64,000 bases of DNA from Lingula anatina (GCA_051362555.1 CM120647.1:15972651-16036650), one strand, 5' to 3'. Counted from the stretch's first letter, positions 1-15,096 are shown. Program-made: numbers and translations. The notes: a model not told the origin generated them from the sequence alone.

Positions 1-1396
1 GTGACCATTATCTGAAGGCCATCCTACGCATGCCCACTAGAGTTGTTTTTCATTCAGCTTTGTAATAATTAACGAGAAATGCAGACAACAGACCAAATAC
101 AGACTCCCCATGTTCATAGAGGCAGAATTAGGCTAATACGTATTAAAGTGGAGAAGATAAGCTGATTACTATACAATTACTTCTACATAAACAAGTTTAC
201 TTTAAAGGGTCATCTACTCGTACTACAGTGACTTAATACGACAACTGTGACAGTACTGATGTACTCCATGTTCCTGTACTAAAAACTAATATGTGCTTTG
301 AAACTTTTTCACTGTCTCTTACGTTATGCTGAAAAGTAAGTCAATTGTTTCTGAAGAGATGAAACTGTTTCCTAAGTTACCAATCAGGCATGAAGATTTA
401 TATCTTTCATAAAAGTCCCTTGTTTAAATGGCACACATGTCTATGGAAGCCAACTGCTTATATATGTAACAATATAAAATCATGCCTATTCATGAACTTT
501 TAGCTTTTAAAAGAAAGAAAAACTCATTATGTTATTTCAAATTTATTATTTTCTTTAATATTCATTTTAAAGGTTCATTTTAAGTAATTAGATCTAACTC
601 CATTTTAACACAGTGCTGCATTTTTGTACATGCATCAATACATGAAACAGTTGTATATATTGCACAGGAGTACAAAGGACCCCGATTTCATATAAACTGT
701 ACTTTTATCCTACCTTTATCAGTCAATAGCAGACGGGCAAACATCCATTTTGATAAAGAGACATATACTTGACTAACAAATGCTAGCATATACAGATACA
801 GACAAATAAAGAAACCATTCAAAATATCAAAAAATTGCATCCTATTTCTACTATAACATTAAAAGTATGTTTATCGCAGCCCTGCTCAAATATTCCTTCT
901 TTCATATGCAATCCACCAGGTCCATGAAAAGAACTGGTATTATTTGTATTTCTATGGACTCTGACATGCTATTATATATACTTACCAAGCATGTCTCAAG
1001 GCCACCCAACCTTCAGAAAACAAGCCACTGTGACATTAAGGACAAAGTCAAAAGTGATATATACACATGCTGAAAGTCATTGCCTGATTTTAATCTTAAT
1101 GGGGTGTGGGTGCATTGAACGTGTGTGTGTGTGTGTGTTTGTGTATGTGTGTGTGTGTGTGTGAGGAAAGAGAAGAAAGAAGAAATTCCCCTGGTTGATA
1201 CAGAATTTTACTGAGGGGTAGGGGTAGTATAAAGGAGGGGTGTAAATTGTTACAGTATTATTCTGCTTCGGTTAAAAATTGAACCGACACTATTAAATAT
1301 TTGTGAAAAAACTTTTAAAGGCACAGAAAAATCATGACTAAAACTCTACACAGTAATTTCACATGCCTTATCATATTACAAAAAGCCCCATCCAAA

Positions 1397-1427
<31 letters not shown>

Positions 1428-2947
1428 AAATGAATATTCTGTGCTTGTCAGGTGAAAATTTCATCCAAATTTCAAGTTAAACAAAAGTTAGGTAGCCATT
1501 TTCAAATCCAAAAGCAGTTTACGAGCTTATTATTTATTTCTTAGGCTATGTGACATAACATTATCATTTGTTCCTATGGAGGACTTGGTGAATAAACTCA
1601 TCATCTTATATTTTATGTTACTAGTACAATAATAGATTGTCCAATACCTTCTAAGATAATGATTTAGGTATCTTGTGAATAACAACATTTGAAAGTCATA
1701 ATATTTTCACAATCAATCAATAATGAGAAAGTTAATCAATCAAGTTATTATAATACTGAAATTAGTCTAGACACGATGTATATTTCAGGGTTAAAAGGAT
1801 AGCACACACATGGTCGGTCATTCCAACATGGCAAGTGAGCGTACTGGTGCGAAAGCCATTGTAATGACATCATCGAAATGCTCGGTTCATGATGTTAAGT
1901 AATAATGAAGTCCAAATATATCCCCTGTTGTTATCAATTGTTAATCAGATTTGATTAAGTAAATATACTAAAATTAGGAGTTCCACCCACAAAACTATTC
2001 ACATATTGCAAGTTGGGTAACTTCATTTTCAATATGAATCTTCACAAATAACCTCTTTTTGAGCTGTTTTAGCGAAATTCTGAGAGTTATCAGAAAAAAT
2101 GTTTTGAGAACCACCAAAGTTATTGATTTTGTTCATTACCACAAAAGAAAAATTGCACTTTAGATAAATAGCTGAAAGTAAAAGTGTGACGGAAAAATTT
2201 GAAATTCATTATTTAATATTGTTAAAGACTGCGTACCTTAAAACGAATATGACAAGCCAAATCAGAACATCCCTGAATGGGTTATAAAAATATATATATA
2301 TATATATTTCAAGAATTCACCTCACTTGACAGAAACCATAATGATCTTAAAATTTCTCTGTATCTGCCTAACAACCACATTTCTGCTAAAAAATTAAATA
2401 GTTGTTTACAGTTGCTAGATAACAAAAATAAACTAGATGCATTTTTGATGGTAGTTTAAATTTCAATCATTTTATTATCTTATTATTGCCAGTATTTCTT
2501 ACACAGAAATAATAGAATGCGGCATATATATATATATATGGAATGCATCATATCAAATTATTATTATTATTATTTTTATTTTTATTATTATTAAGAATGA
2601 CTTAATCAAAAGTTACAGTTTTTAACCTCTGCATCCACTTTATCTAATGCTATTTTTAACTATACCACAGAAATATCTCATTGAAACTTTTACAGAAATT
2701 TTGATTGACATGTTACACCAGCTTTGACAATGACTTTTTTTTATGAAAGACAAATGAAAAATGTGAATACTTAGACTAGTAATAATATTTACTTCTCTGT
2801 TGTCATAAATCCTCCTTAAAGGGTGTCATTAGAATATTATCTTGTCACTGTTGAAATATAGCTTACAGCCAGACTAAAACTAGGTCAACAATCTGAATAT
2901 AGCACTATGGTTAGGGATACTCTGCTTGGTGTGTGCGTGTGAGTGTG

Positions 2948-2980
<33 letters not shown>

Positions 2981-3402
2981 TCATGTAATGTCAGAGAAAT
3001 ATTACATTAATTTTTATTCTGCACAATTGTAGACATGTGGTGGGTTCATTTTTACATTCACACAGCACAGCCTATATATATAACTAAATAGCAATGATAA
3101 GAAAGAAGACTACAAAGGAAATGGGGTAATTTTCCACATCTACAAATTGGAAAACAATGACTGCATCTTTGCCAATGTTTGCATGATAAAATCTATTGAT
3201 ATTTTCAGTCACAACTCAAATGAAATAAACAAAATCTCCTTAATTCCATATTTTTCTATTCTTCATGCAGCACTTGGCAGGAAATTGAGTTATTTTCAAG
3301 ATAAATGAGTAGAAACGATCACAGAAAGGAGAAGGCACTCCTGACAGAGTCGTTCAGACAAAGACTATTTTGGACCGATAATGGGATTTAGTGGTACTAC
3401 AG

Positions 3403-3915
3403 TGTAGGTGGTACAACAGAGGGATTAGTTTGGTCTCCTATGGTGAGCTAGTCATAATGGCACAGGTTGATTATAGTGATGACAGGTGGTATAGAGGAGG
3501 GAACAGACTGGTCTCCTATGGTGAGCTAATCACAACAGTACAAACTGATTACATTGGTTATAGGTGGTACAACAGTGGGATTAGTTTGGTCTCCTATGGT
3601 AAGCTAATCACAATAGTACAAGCTGATTACATTGGTTGTAGGTGGTACATCAGAAGGATTAGTTTGGTCTCCTATGGTAAGCTAATCACAATAGTACAAG
3701 CCGATTACATTGGTTGTAGGTGGTACATCAGAAGGATTAGTTTGGTCTCCTATGGTAAGCTAATCACAATAGTACAAGCTGATTACATTGGTTGTAGGTG
3801 GTACAACAGAGGGATTAGTTTGGTTTCCTATGGTAAGCTAATCGCATCAGTACAAGCTGATTACATTGGTTGTAGGTGGTACAACAGAGGGATTAGTTTG
3901 TTTTCACATGGTAAG
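3403..3915. repeat. 78-bp minisatellite, ~6.5 copies
   Basis: AGGTGGTA..TGGTCTCCTATGGT..CTGATTACATTGGTT unit recurs near 3403, 3481, 3559, 3637, 3715, 3793, 3871. Confidence 0.95.
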
Positions 3916-4861
3916 AAGGTCTAAGCACAGTCTGCTGAGGCAGAATGACACAAAGTTAAGATGACATTATCAGACTACAGATGCCCCTTGTGAATTCTTA
4001 TTTTAAGTTTGACTTACTCATCATTAAGCAGACTTTGGTCTACACTTATCATTCAAGCAACAAGTAAATGGTCTGTTTTAGTCATCTCTTATTATGTGTT
4101 ACCTAGATCAACCTCTGCTTAGATACAATGAAAATTTTAACTTCTTTAATTCCTTTTCCTTTGCAGATATAAAACACTTAGAATATTCACATGTAACTTT
4201 GTCCTTAATGTTGACACTGCATGCTATAGGCTATTTGTACTAGAAAAGGCCAGAAAAATATAACCCAAATGCTTTCTACCACACTAGCCTTATAACCTAC
4301 TATACATGGTAGTACTAGTACTTAAAAAAATAACCAAACTAGATATATATTCCATACTTACTTGTCAACTTTCCCATAACTTCCTTAAATTTCTTCCAAT
4401 TAAATCACTGTCTTATTTTTCTCTCTCTTATTCTATTCAAAATAGTTAATTAATCAGCTTTATTCACTTAGCTGCGTTTCATGCCTAGAACTATTATATA
4501 TGAGAGTCAGACTTACGCAGTCAAAAATGATGTTGACGCATGGAGTGATGCTTGTTTACAAATTCTGTCAACCAAAGGTAATAAATGTTAACCATATAAC
4601 TGACAAAGAAACATCTCAAGTGTTGCGGTCAGTTTTGTGGTCAGTGGTCATCGTAGCTCTTACGTCAAGGTCAGTTCTTATCAGAGTGGACCAGGCATAC
4701 AAGCACGTCTACACTCATGATTGTGTAACACTGGCTTTGATAGGATGAGATGAGACGGCACTCCTTTCGTCTGTTTTACTGGTGTCACGATTAGCACTAG
4801 ATGGCTGCTCGTGGTTGTTTATGTCTGTTTTCTCTTTCATTTTCTCTCTGTCTTACACACA

Positions 4862-4898
<37 letters not shown>

Positions 4899-6002
4899 CC
4901 AGAGAGAGAAAGAGAAAGAGAGAGAGAGATTAATTTGTAAAACAGATTCCTACATCACTGTTTCTCTCTCTCCATATGCGTGCATGCATACGTACATGTG
5001 CCAAAGCTCATGCATGCAGTTCAAAATTTTAGAGTCACTGCCATACTTGTCTCTTTAGTATCTAAGCTATTGAATTAAAAGGTTCGCATTGTGTATATCC
5101 CACACAGCACATCAGAAACAGACATGAAACCCCTATCATCCCATATGCCTACTGTACATCTCTTATCACAGGGATAACTGCAGCATTTATACAGTAGTCG
5201 TTACAGTAGGGTTTTTAAACAAAGTTAACAAGAAGTTCACATATTGTTATTTATATTTGACAAAATTTGAATATAATATACTGCCCAGTAACATATTATT
5301 AAATGTATATATATTTTTAAATTATATAATACAGTACGCATTTTGATAATTGTTGAACCTTTGTAAGATGAGATTTGAATGAATGTGCAGTATTTTCTCT
5401 TTTCTTCTTCTTTTTAATGGATGTTATAAGGTAAATAATCAATATGACTAAGCTGAATCTAACAAGAAATATACAGACGTGCATATCCTAAATTATTTTA
5501 AAAGAACATTACTAGTAAAGTGTTACATTAGCCTGGCTTAAAATCATTGCACATTGACTGAAAAAACTTGAGTGAGCTATTAATATTTGCATTAACTTTT
5601 AAAAAAATGCTTATTCCACTGATTGCTTTATTTGGTCCAGGTGCTTGATAATTCAGTCACCATCATAATATCTCCAAGGTATGAAATTATATACCAATTT
5701 TGATTTCTTAAGCAATGGTATGGAAAACATTGAATGAAAATGCCACTAAAATTATTCACATGTCTGTGAGTCAGAAAATATGTGATCATGTCTTTCTAAT
5801 GTTGCCCCAAAAGCAGTCAGGTGATACGAATTTGAGAAACAGGATACGTATACACCTTAGTACTCTTTCCCTATCTCTATCTTTTTCCCGTGAATACAAC
5901 TCTCCACCCCTCTCTCTCTCTCCGTTTCTTTACCACCCTACAATGCAGGTACACAAACACACATGCATGCACACTCGTTATCTCCCACTCTCACAAACAT
6001 GC

Positions 6003-6033
<31 letters not shown>

Positions 6034-6975
6034 ATCTGCTCTCCCATACACATTTCCTCTACATATACATCTATCTGTGTGTACATTTTTTTAGCATGCA
6101 TGTGCACGTATCCCAAGACAGAATAACATTGCAGAAGAAGATGCTGATTTTAATCAATATAGCTTATTCTTACACCATAAAATGCAAAATTCCCTAGCCT
6201 ATTGTAAATAAACATAATTAACAACTGAAAGATATTCTATCCTACAGGTAATGCATTATAAAAGAAAATCTAATTGTAGACAAGTCCCCTTAACTATACT
6301 AGCCTGCCCATACTACTATAGTGATCTACATGCATACAAAACACAAGCAAAGAACTATAATATTTACCTGCTCCGTCTGAGCTGTATCACATCACCTCGG
6401 CTAAAAAGATACGTGTACCACCTTCCACAGATAAATCAAATCTGTGTGTGTGTGTGTGTATCATGTGTACCTGTACCCTTGGCTGATATGTACAGACTTC
6501 TGCTGTGTGTGATATGAGGTGTGTGCAGACTGGGACTACACTGGACCGAACAAGAGATGATCAGGCAGCAGTGATACCCTTTTACCTTAGGTTCTAGATT
6601 TCGGTATTGCCAGCTCGATCTTGATTTCACATATAACCAACAACACGTGGAAAGGTACAGTGAGCAAGCTAGCTTTATAGTGCTCTAACACACAGGGTAT
6701 ACCCAATCTTAAATAATTATATGACAATCATATGTACCTGCACTTATATCTAATATTTACTTTTAGCAGTGTGATGCCCAGCATGTTTGTACTGGGATTA
6801 TTCTGAACCAAACACCATTTGAACAGGGCACAAAATGACCTTGATGTTAAATCTGTGACAACACAATATAGACTTTGTTTCAAAAGCCTTCATAACGATA
6901 ATAAGTAAACTTATTTATACATGGTTTGCTCCCTTAATTGCCTGTTCATATTTCTAAATATGAACAGGCAATTAA

Positions 6976-7303
6976 AGGGATAATAACTCTTCATATGATA
7001 TCTATATTTCACAATAAAAACATTGTAAATAACTCATAGAAATATAATATATTTTGTTTAACCACAAAAACTGCAGTTATAGCTATTTTTTCTGATATCT
7101 GAGCTTGTCTTTAGACCACGTGACCTCCATTGATGGCTATACTCTGTTAAAATCTCTTAACAAAAAACCAAACTTTTTAGAAAAAAACCAGGGACTAATT
7201 TTGAATGTAAAAATGGATTCATTAACCATTGGTAAGTATGGGAAAATTGTTGTTTACTCCAGGAAAATTCATTTTTTGGCCAAAACGAAGAGTTATTATC
7301 CCT
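6976..7303. mobile_element. Non-autonomous DNA transposon with TTAA TSD (Kolobok-like), copy 1
   Basis: TTAA|AGGGATAATAACTCTTC...GAAGAGTTATTATCCCT|TTAA; closely similar inverted copy at 23118-23456. Confidence 0.88.
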
Positions 7304-8673
7304 TTAAGGGCTATTAAAATATATTAAATTATAAAAAAATGACAAAGAACATTATAACTCTAAAATCTTTACTTATCACAGTTTCATAAACCAGCCTACT
7401 CCCTAAATAATACACCAAACTGACTGATGTTAAAGTCTGGCTCAATTTCTGGTCCAAAATAGTCCTTGTCTAACCACGGCATATATATATGTCTCCATGT
7501 GTCATGTGTTTACACATACACGTGACACCAGTAGGTAGCTGAACTAGTGCTCATATCTGAAGACAAATTATTTCCAAAAACAATCAGTCTTAATTGTGAA
7601 AACAACATACACACATTATTAAGTATTCCCTGTGGCAAATTGCATGCACGTGAATCCAGAAAGAATTAAGAAATCCAGTGTATCTAGTGAGAAAATCATG
7701 CACATATCCATTAGGTGTGTGTATTTTTATACCATTCCTGTTTTACCTGTGCAAACATTCAGTAGCACTGCATTCCACGACTGTTTTATATCAAACCAAC
7801 AGACAAACCACACATTACGATACTGCAATTAGTCATAAATTTCAGACCCCTTCTTTCTTTCATTATCCTTTCAAGACCTTAACATTTTAGCTACCTACAA
7901 AGACAATTCTCCAAGACAATGTCCAAGTCACTTTTCACTCCATTCACATGATCCTTAACAGGTGTTATAAACAAAGTACTGTTCTGAGGGAAATTAATAA
8001 ATCAATGTTGCTTGAATATGGAGAATAATTACTGTAACTGTGTTAACCTAAAAATCATTATTCATGTATGCCACGGACCTGACACTGTTCAACCTCCATA
8101 TCCATGACTACTAAAAAGACATCAATTAAGGACAAATAATTTGCAAAACATTCTATGAGATGATGTTACGGTAATTCTTTGAAATTTTCCTCACCTCACT
8201 TTAAAAAAAATTCTTTTTTCAATTTTTCAGAATACTCATTTTAATTAAGCAGAACATTGCACTTTATTACCAGAATTAACAATTTAATACTTTAAAATTC
8301 GAATTTTTTTCAACAATACATTCTGTGGAGAATTTTTTCAATTTTATTATGTCCAAATTTAATGAGTAATTACTGTAGTCAGCTTCATACACATTAGCCC
8401 AGTTAGGACAAACTTTATGAAAGGTAAACAGCGCACATTTGAATATATCCAAAAGACAAATTGTGCATCTGAATATCCTGCAATGCTACTTTCATTCCAA
8501 ATTTGGACCTTAAAAATGACAAAACTCTTCAAATAAATGGGTCTGTAAGGTTGACAATTTCATTGAAATATTTACAGGAAAACTAAACACCATCATTGAT
8601 AAAACAATCTTTTTCAGTACTGAGTACGTGTTATGCTAATAATCACCCTAACCTAATTAGTTTTCTAGACTAA

Positions 8674-8930
8674 GGCTTCGTTCACATGCAATGTCTATTT
8701 TCTAAATTCTATTTTCTATTCGCGGTATGTCTTATGATCACGCTCTGTGCCCTTAATGTCCCGCTGCGTAATTACTGGCAGCGCGAGCCAGTTACTGTAA
8801 GTTACTATAAGTAACTGGCTCGCGCTGCCAGTAATTACGCGGCGGGATATTCAGTGCACAGACAGTGATCATAAGATAGCGCAAATAGAAAACAGAATTT
8901 AGAAAATAGACATTGCATGTGAACGAAGCC
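8674..8930. mobile_element. Almost fully palindromic MITE with TAA TSD (PIF/Harbinger-like)
   Basis: TAA|GGCTTCGTTCACATGCAATGTCTATTTTCTAAATTCT...AGAATTTAGAAAATAGACATTGCATGTGAACGAAGCC|TAA; inverted arms extend nearly to the centre. Confidence 0.9.
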
Positions 8931-11009
8931 TAATTCTCAATTAACAACCTGTTGCATAGTTTAATTCTTCATCCTCAATTATGAAAAGAGTGCAGCAACA
9001 ACATCCCCCAACATAAAATAGAAAATCACAAAAATGCATTCGTCAGCACTGGTATGTACCTAGGCAACCTCACCAAAACCAGTAGTTTTCCAGATTTTTC
9101 TGATGCACCTACCTGATTATATAAATTCCTCACTCTGCAGTGATAAAGGGCCCAAAACAACAAGAGAATTAAGCCAGCTGTCAAACTGTTGAGCCTCTCT
9201 CAGAATTAAAACATCCGACAACAGGAAAAAAAGGTGATCACGCAATTCAGAGGACTAACTCACATAAAAAATATGTCACGGACATGCTGCTATACAGAGA
9301 GGATCTGCCCTATCCATCTACACTGTCTATTTCAAGGCCAATAATACACATATATCCTATCTCAATAGCAGTTATGACCTACTTACTGAGCTAATGATAT
9401 TGTTGATTGCAACGTGGTGACCTTATTTCCTATTAGCAGGGCCTAGGTGACTGATAATAATAATGATAATTATCATTATTATTATTATCAATATTATAAT
9501 GACTTTCTCATCTTTTTTTTATCAGCAGGACAAAAGAGGCTGTTGTTTTGAATTCCTGAGTTTTCCATTCAGCAGCTATACAGAGTCTAGGAAACTGACG
9601 GTAAAATCACCTTGTATGAATTAAAGCAGGCCTAGCTTAGAAACTGATACAATAACATCAATATGTTGGTAGTAACATCAATGTAAGCACACACATACAG
9701 TACTGCACACCTGTCTCAATGACACACAGGAGAACATATGAACCCTGAGTATACTCAGGAGAGAGAGAGAGAGAGAGAGAGACGTATGGGTAGAGTTTAC
9801 ATCTTCTTCACTTCTTATATATTCAGTGTAATTAGCAGCTAGAAGATCTATGTGAAATACCATGTTATCATACCCCTTCACTTAGACTTAAGATCAGGTA
9901 CTCAAGAGCAAAACACTTTGATCTTAACAGGGATTATATAGGTACTTAGAATCACAATAAATGACCCAGGATGTCTTCAGACCAAAAACTCTTAGCCAAC
10001 AATTTGTTCAATTTAATTACAAGATAAACACATGTGCAGTAGTCCACTAAAATGTTGATACTTGGCATTGTTAGTTTCAAACAGGGGAATACCATATTGC
10101 CCTATCATGAGTCAACTGTCAAAGATCAAAGACTAACATCCTGCACCCTGTAACTCGAAAGCACCGGCATTGTGACCAAGCACAAGTGTCTCATTTCCAT
10201 AACACGTCCATGTAATACATTATAGCCTCTATGTGAAATTGCTTTTCGATGCTTCCGAGTTACAGGGCCCTGGTCTTGTTCAGTAAACCCCTGGATATAA
10301 CAACAGCCTTTAGCTTTACTTATAGTAATCCATGTTACAGTATTAAATACTGGTATTTCTAGAGTGAGTGTAAATTAATAAGAAACCCTGCAGAGTACCG
10401 TGAACACAAACAAACTCCTCTTCACTTGGGGTCAAATACCTGGATCCACACAAGGGGGCTCTGCAAGCCTCAGATTAATATTTTCTTATAGATCATCCAT
10501 GTGATAGTTTTTACTAATTAAGAAGCTTCCTGGACTGTAAGCCAAATCACAAGCTAATTATTTTAATTTTCCTCTCTATCAGTCTTCTTTGAGCATCCTC
10601 TTTGAGCTAGAGTAATGACATTTAATCTTTGGGTATATATATGTAGTTTCATTGTACTATCTTATGTTTTGTTGTGTCCTATTTCAAAATTTTGTAAATG
10701 ATAAAGAATCACCACGGCTAACTGACTAGAGTAAAATTTATCTTTTCTACAAAATTTTAAACTGAGTCAGATATTTATTATTGTGTTGTGAGCAAACTAT
10801 CATGCTAGGAAAATGGAATTCCTCTTAATTATGATTCTATTTTATTGTTATTATAAGATTTGTATTTTGTGCAAATATCATTAAATTTGGGAAAAATAAA
10901 AACCATCCATCCAGGCATATAAAACTGAACAAAAAGAAACACTTTGAAATACCATATTTACAAACAACCAATCCAATAGCTTTCATATTTGCGAGAGGTA
11001 ACAACTCAC

Positions 11010-12245
11010 CAAGTCTGGCATCTCTCTTGGAATGTTTGGCTGTGGGTGAGGGAACTGACTGTACAAAACTGCTGGTGGCGCCATCTTTTGATTGTTCGAC
11101 ATGTTCTAACATGTCCGCTGCATTGGTGATGTGCCTTTCTAGCGCCATCTGGTGAGCCTGGGCAGTCTACAACATAAGCAGGTAGTCTTGAAACATGTAT
11201 TAAGGGAGAAATACTTACAGACATGGAAGTGAGTTGGACATGATAGTGTGTTAGTTGCAACACTGTGCTAGATGTGACAGTGTGTTAGATGTGACAGTGT
11301 GTTAGGTGTGACAGTGTGTTACATGTGACAGTGTGTTAGATGTGACAGTGTGCTACATGTGACAGTGTGTTAGATGTGACAGTGTGTTAGATGTGACAGT
11401 GTGTTAGATGTGACAGTGTGTTAGATGTGACAGTGTGTTAGATGTGACAGTGCTTTTGGATGCGACACTGTGCCAGGTGTGACAGTGTGTTAGATGTGAC
11501 ATTGTGTCAGGTGTGACAGTGTGTTAGGTGTGACAGTGTGTTACATGTGACAATGCTTTTGGATGCGACACTGTGCCAGGTGTGACAGTGTGTTAGATGC
11601 GACACTGTGCCAGGTGTGACAGTGTGTTAGATGTGACATTGTGTCAGGTGTGACAGTGTGTTAGGTGTGACAGTGTGTTACATGTGCTATTACTTTTGGG
11701 ACCATATCATTTGTGAAGCAACTTTCATATTCCCCAGGGGCCCATCCCCCAGGGTTCAAACACAAATTGAGAAGCTTTAATTAGCTCCTTACTGTACTTG
11801 CAGAACATTGGGCAGGAAGAAACTAATAGACGGAACAAAAGAACAGCAATACAGACAAAAATGTTAAATAAAGTAAAAGGCAGAACGTTTATCAATTACA
11901 TTGTGAAACGAGGAAATATCATTTAGGGAATGTTAAAAGCCAAGTCTTCTAAAAAGGTGTAAAGTAAATATAAATCAGATGGAAAGGAAGTCCTACCTGT
12001 AAAGCATCCTCCATGGTTCCCAGAGGCACTAGATCTTCCAAATCTTCATCCACTATCTGGGTACCCTGGTTGATGTAGTGAGTGCTGTAGGCAATATGGC
12101 TGCTTAAATTGTTCATCCATTTCTGAAATTTTCAAATCAGTTGGATGAGTAAATAAATATTGATATTTATTTCATACTTTGATATTCATTTTATACGACT
12201 CCAACCCAATAATTCATTAAAAAACAATAATAAGATGGAGACAGA

Positions 12246-12287
<42 letters not shown>

Positions 12288-13117
12288 CAATAGTAGTAGC
12301 AGTAGCAGTAGTAGAAGTAGTAGTAGTTGTTGTTGTTGTTGTTGTTGTAGAAGTACCACAATAAGTGGTGGTAGTAAAGAGAACAACAACAACAACAACT
12401 ACAACAACAAACAAGTTAATGTAGCAATAACCCTCACATGTAGTTGTATGACAGAAGCTTCCTCTGTGGTCTCGGGCTGCACTGCCAGGGTATGCTTGGT
12501 GGAGTCTGAGAACACTATGGTGAAGATCAGGCTTCTTTCTTCTGGCTACAGGGAGGTATAAATCATCTTATAGTTTATAATGCTCATCTGATCTCTGGTG
12601 TTGAGGGCTTATGTGCTTATCACTGGAGCAACATGTAATCTGCTTTGTTTTTAATAGACACAAATCCATGCCCATTGCTACTTAAGGTGTTTGAAATACC
12701 AGGTATAAATCCATAATTACTAGAGATTTATGAAATACCCTGTGTCACTGACCTGGCTTGTTTGGGAGTAAACATTCTGATTCAGCCAGCAATATTATAT
12801 CACAGAATTGAGAAAAATAAATCTAGAATTGATGTATGATGTAATGCAGTCGTGACTCAGCGTTGTGATTATAACCACCTGTCATTTGACCAGGTCACAG
12901 TGACCCCCCTCAAAGGTCCATGGTATCAGTCAAAGAATTATACAACAAGATGCTTATTAGTTTTCTCTTTTGTGATTGTTTAATTATTCTCTGTCAATAC
13001 ACAGCCGTCTCTTTGTCTCCTCTTTCCTCTATCACTATCTTACACATACCTTAATTACTTACCAATAATAACTCGTGCCTCTATCACTCTCTCCCTTCCA
13101 ACCACTGATTTATTTTA

Positions 13118-13190
<73 letters not shown>

Positions 13191-15042
13191 GAGAGAGAGA
13201 GAGAGAGAGAGAGGCAGGCAAGAAGACAAAAATACTGAAGACAGGAATATTCCTAAATTACCTTTATTTTGGCATTATCCAAATACTTGAAACCCTTTCT
13301 CTTCACACCTGTGGTAGCATCTCCCCTACATAAAAAAAATCCATATTGCATCTTAATACCTGGCGTGGTGACTACAACCTCAACACACAGGTATGAAATA
13401 CTATTTTTTCTGTTGTTTAACACAACAACTTAGTTTCTTGGAAATAACATTTACTTGTCACGTGGATTGAGTGTTTATATTATACAGTGTATCAATGATG
13501 ACATTTATTCCTTGGCTTTCATTAATAATTTAAGTGCTTGACTAAATCTCTGCTACGCTTAAAGATAGCTGTCTTTTTGGTAATATTGAAAGAAACAAGG
13601 TGGGTGTCTGTTGTCTTAACAGTAAGACAGGTGTCACCCCTTTCATACATACCTGCTATTGAAGTATGTAAGAACACCCCTCTCCAAGACAGCCCATATC
13701 GACTTCCAACCCCGCAGACGAGATCTCTGTAAGAAAATTAACAATCAGATACTGGTTAAATATAATATGTGATCAAGAACCTTTGAAGAAAGGCCCTAAG
13801 GCCATGTTTAGCATCTTTAGAGATTATTTACTTTTTTAATCTTCTTTAATTTCCACAACAGACAATGTCAAACCTTTTTGACTGCATCAAACATAAAGTT
13901 TCTTTTACTGAGGAAGAAATGTACTATTTACAGCTTTAATCACTAGCTGAAGTTTGACATTTTGCAAAAAAAAAAATAATAATAATAATAACTTTTAATT
14001 TAAATATAAATAACAAAACAATCAACAAACACAACTTAATTTTACAAAAATTTGAAAAAAATTTTTTTTCATTTATATAAAATTTACCAAAACCATCTAT
14101 TTTCAACAGATGTCTCAAATTGTACACTGATATTGAGCCAACAGCTTTCTATTTCTCAACCACATAATATAATAGACTCAGTTCAGTCCCCCAAATCCCC
14201 TTACCTTCAACAGGGCCCCCTCAAACCTCTGGACCCCCCTCAGGATGTCCCTGACTGGCTGGACATCCAGGATTTGCCTCATGGACGCTGTCCGCGCCAT
14301 CTCAGCAGCTGTCTGACCTGAAATTAAGTTTTAGAAATTGTTTCAACGGCATCTTGGCAGGTAATGGAATCCCCAACCATGCCCCCCCCCCCCCCCTTTT
14401 ATAATTTGCAGACTGTTTAAAATACATTTCAAGTTATCTCACACATTTTGGGTACGTAACCTAAACAAATCAAGTCATTTTTTCAAACACTAATGATACT
14501 TAAAATTTGCTTAGTAAAGGGTATAATATCTTATTATTTTTCAGCAATATTTATCATTGATGCAGTTCAAAATTCAATCTTTTGCCTAACATCATCCTGC
14601 TGCATAAAAAACAATTCCCAGACATTCATCTTCATTGTGCACATTCTGATATGATTTCAGGTTGTAAGAAAAAGAAGAAAGAGATGACCCAATCACCACA
14701 TGACTGCTGGTCTGGGGGGCACTGACGTCAGAAAACCGTAAAAAAAAGTCATGTTCGATTAAGTGCAACTGTATAAATGCTTATGCAGGGGTGAATGGGG
14801 GTGGTCTTCTGGAAGACGGTCAGAAATTTTCAAGCTTACACTGACGGTCATCTATTTTTTTGTCTCGGTAGATGGTCAAAATTGGAGAATAGATCAAAAA
14901 AGATAACTTGGAAGACTCTCAGAAAATATCAGTGGATCTGCCCCTGGTTATGGTTGTGATAGTTTGGATTGTGAGATGTCTCAACAAGCACAATCTCTAA
15001 CTGGCAGCGAATAGTAACACCAGCAAATACATATATCCAAAG

Positions 15043-15096
<54 letters not shown>

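Noticed and set aside
5715-6197. 160-aa plus-strand ORF
   Set aside because: Low-complexity CT/CA-rich sequence with no coding hallmarks.
6436-6630. Minus-strand ORF as a further OSBPL1A exon
   Set aside because: No similarity to the expected coiled-coil/FFAT segment and weak splice signals.
11263-11686. Regular repeat array resembling CRISPR
   Set aside because: Contiguous 17-bp units without unique spacers, in a eukaryotic intron.
12160-12561. Poly-Ser/Cys/Asn, poly-Leu and poly-Thr ORFs
   Set aside because: Translations of a compound microsatellite; the real exon here is minus-strand 12438-12545.
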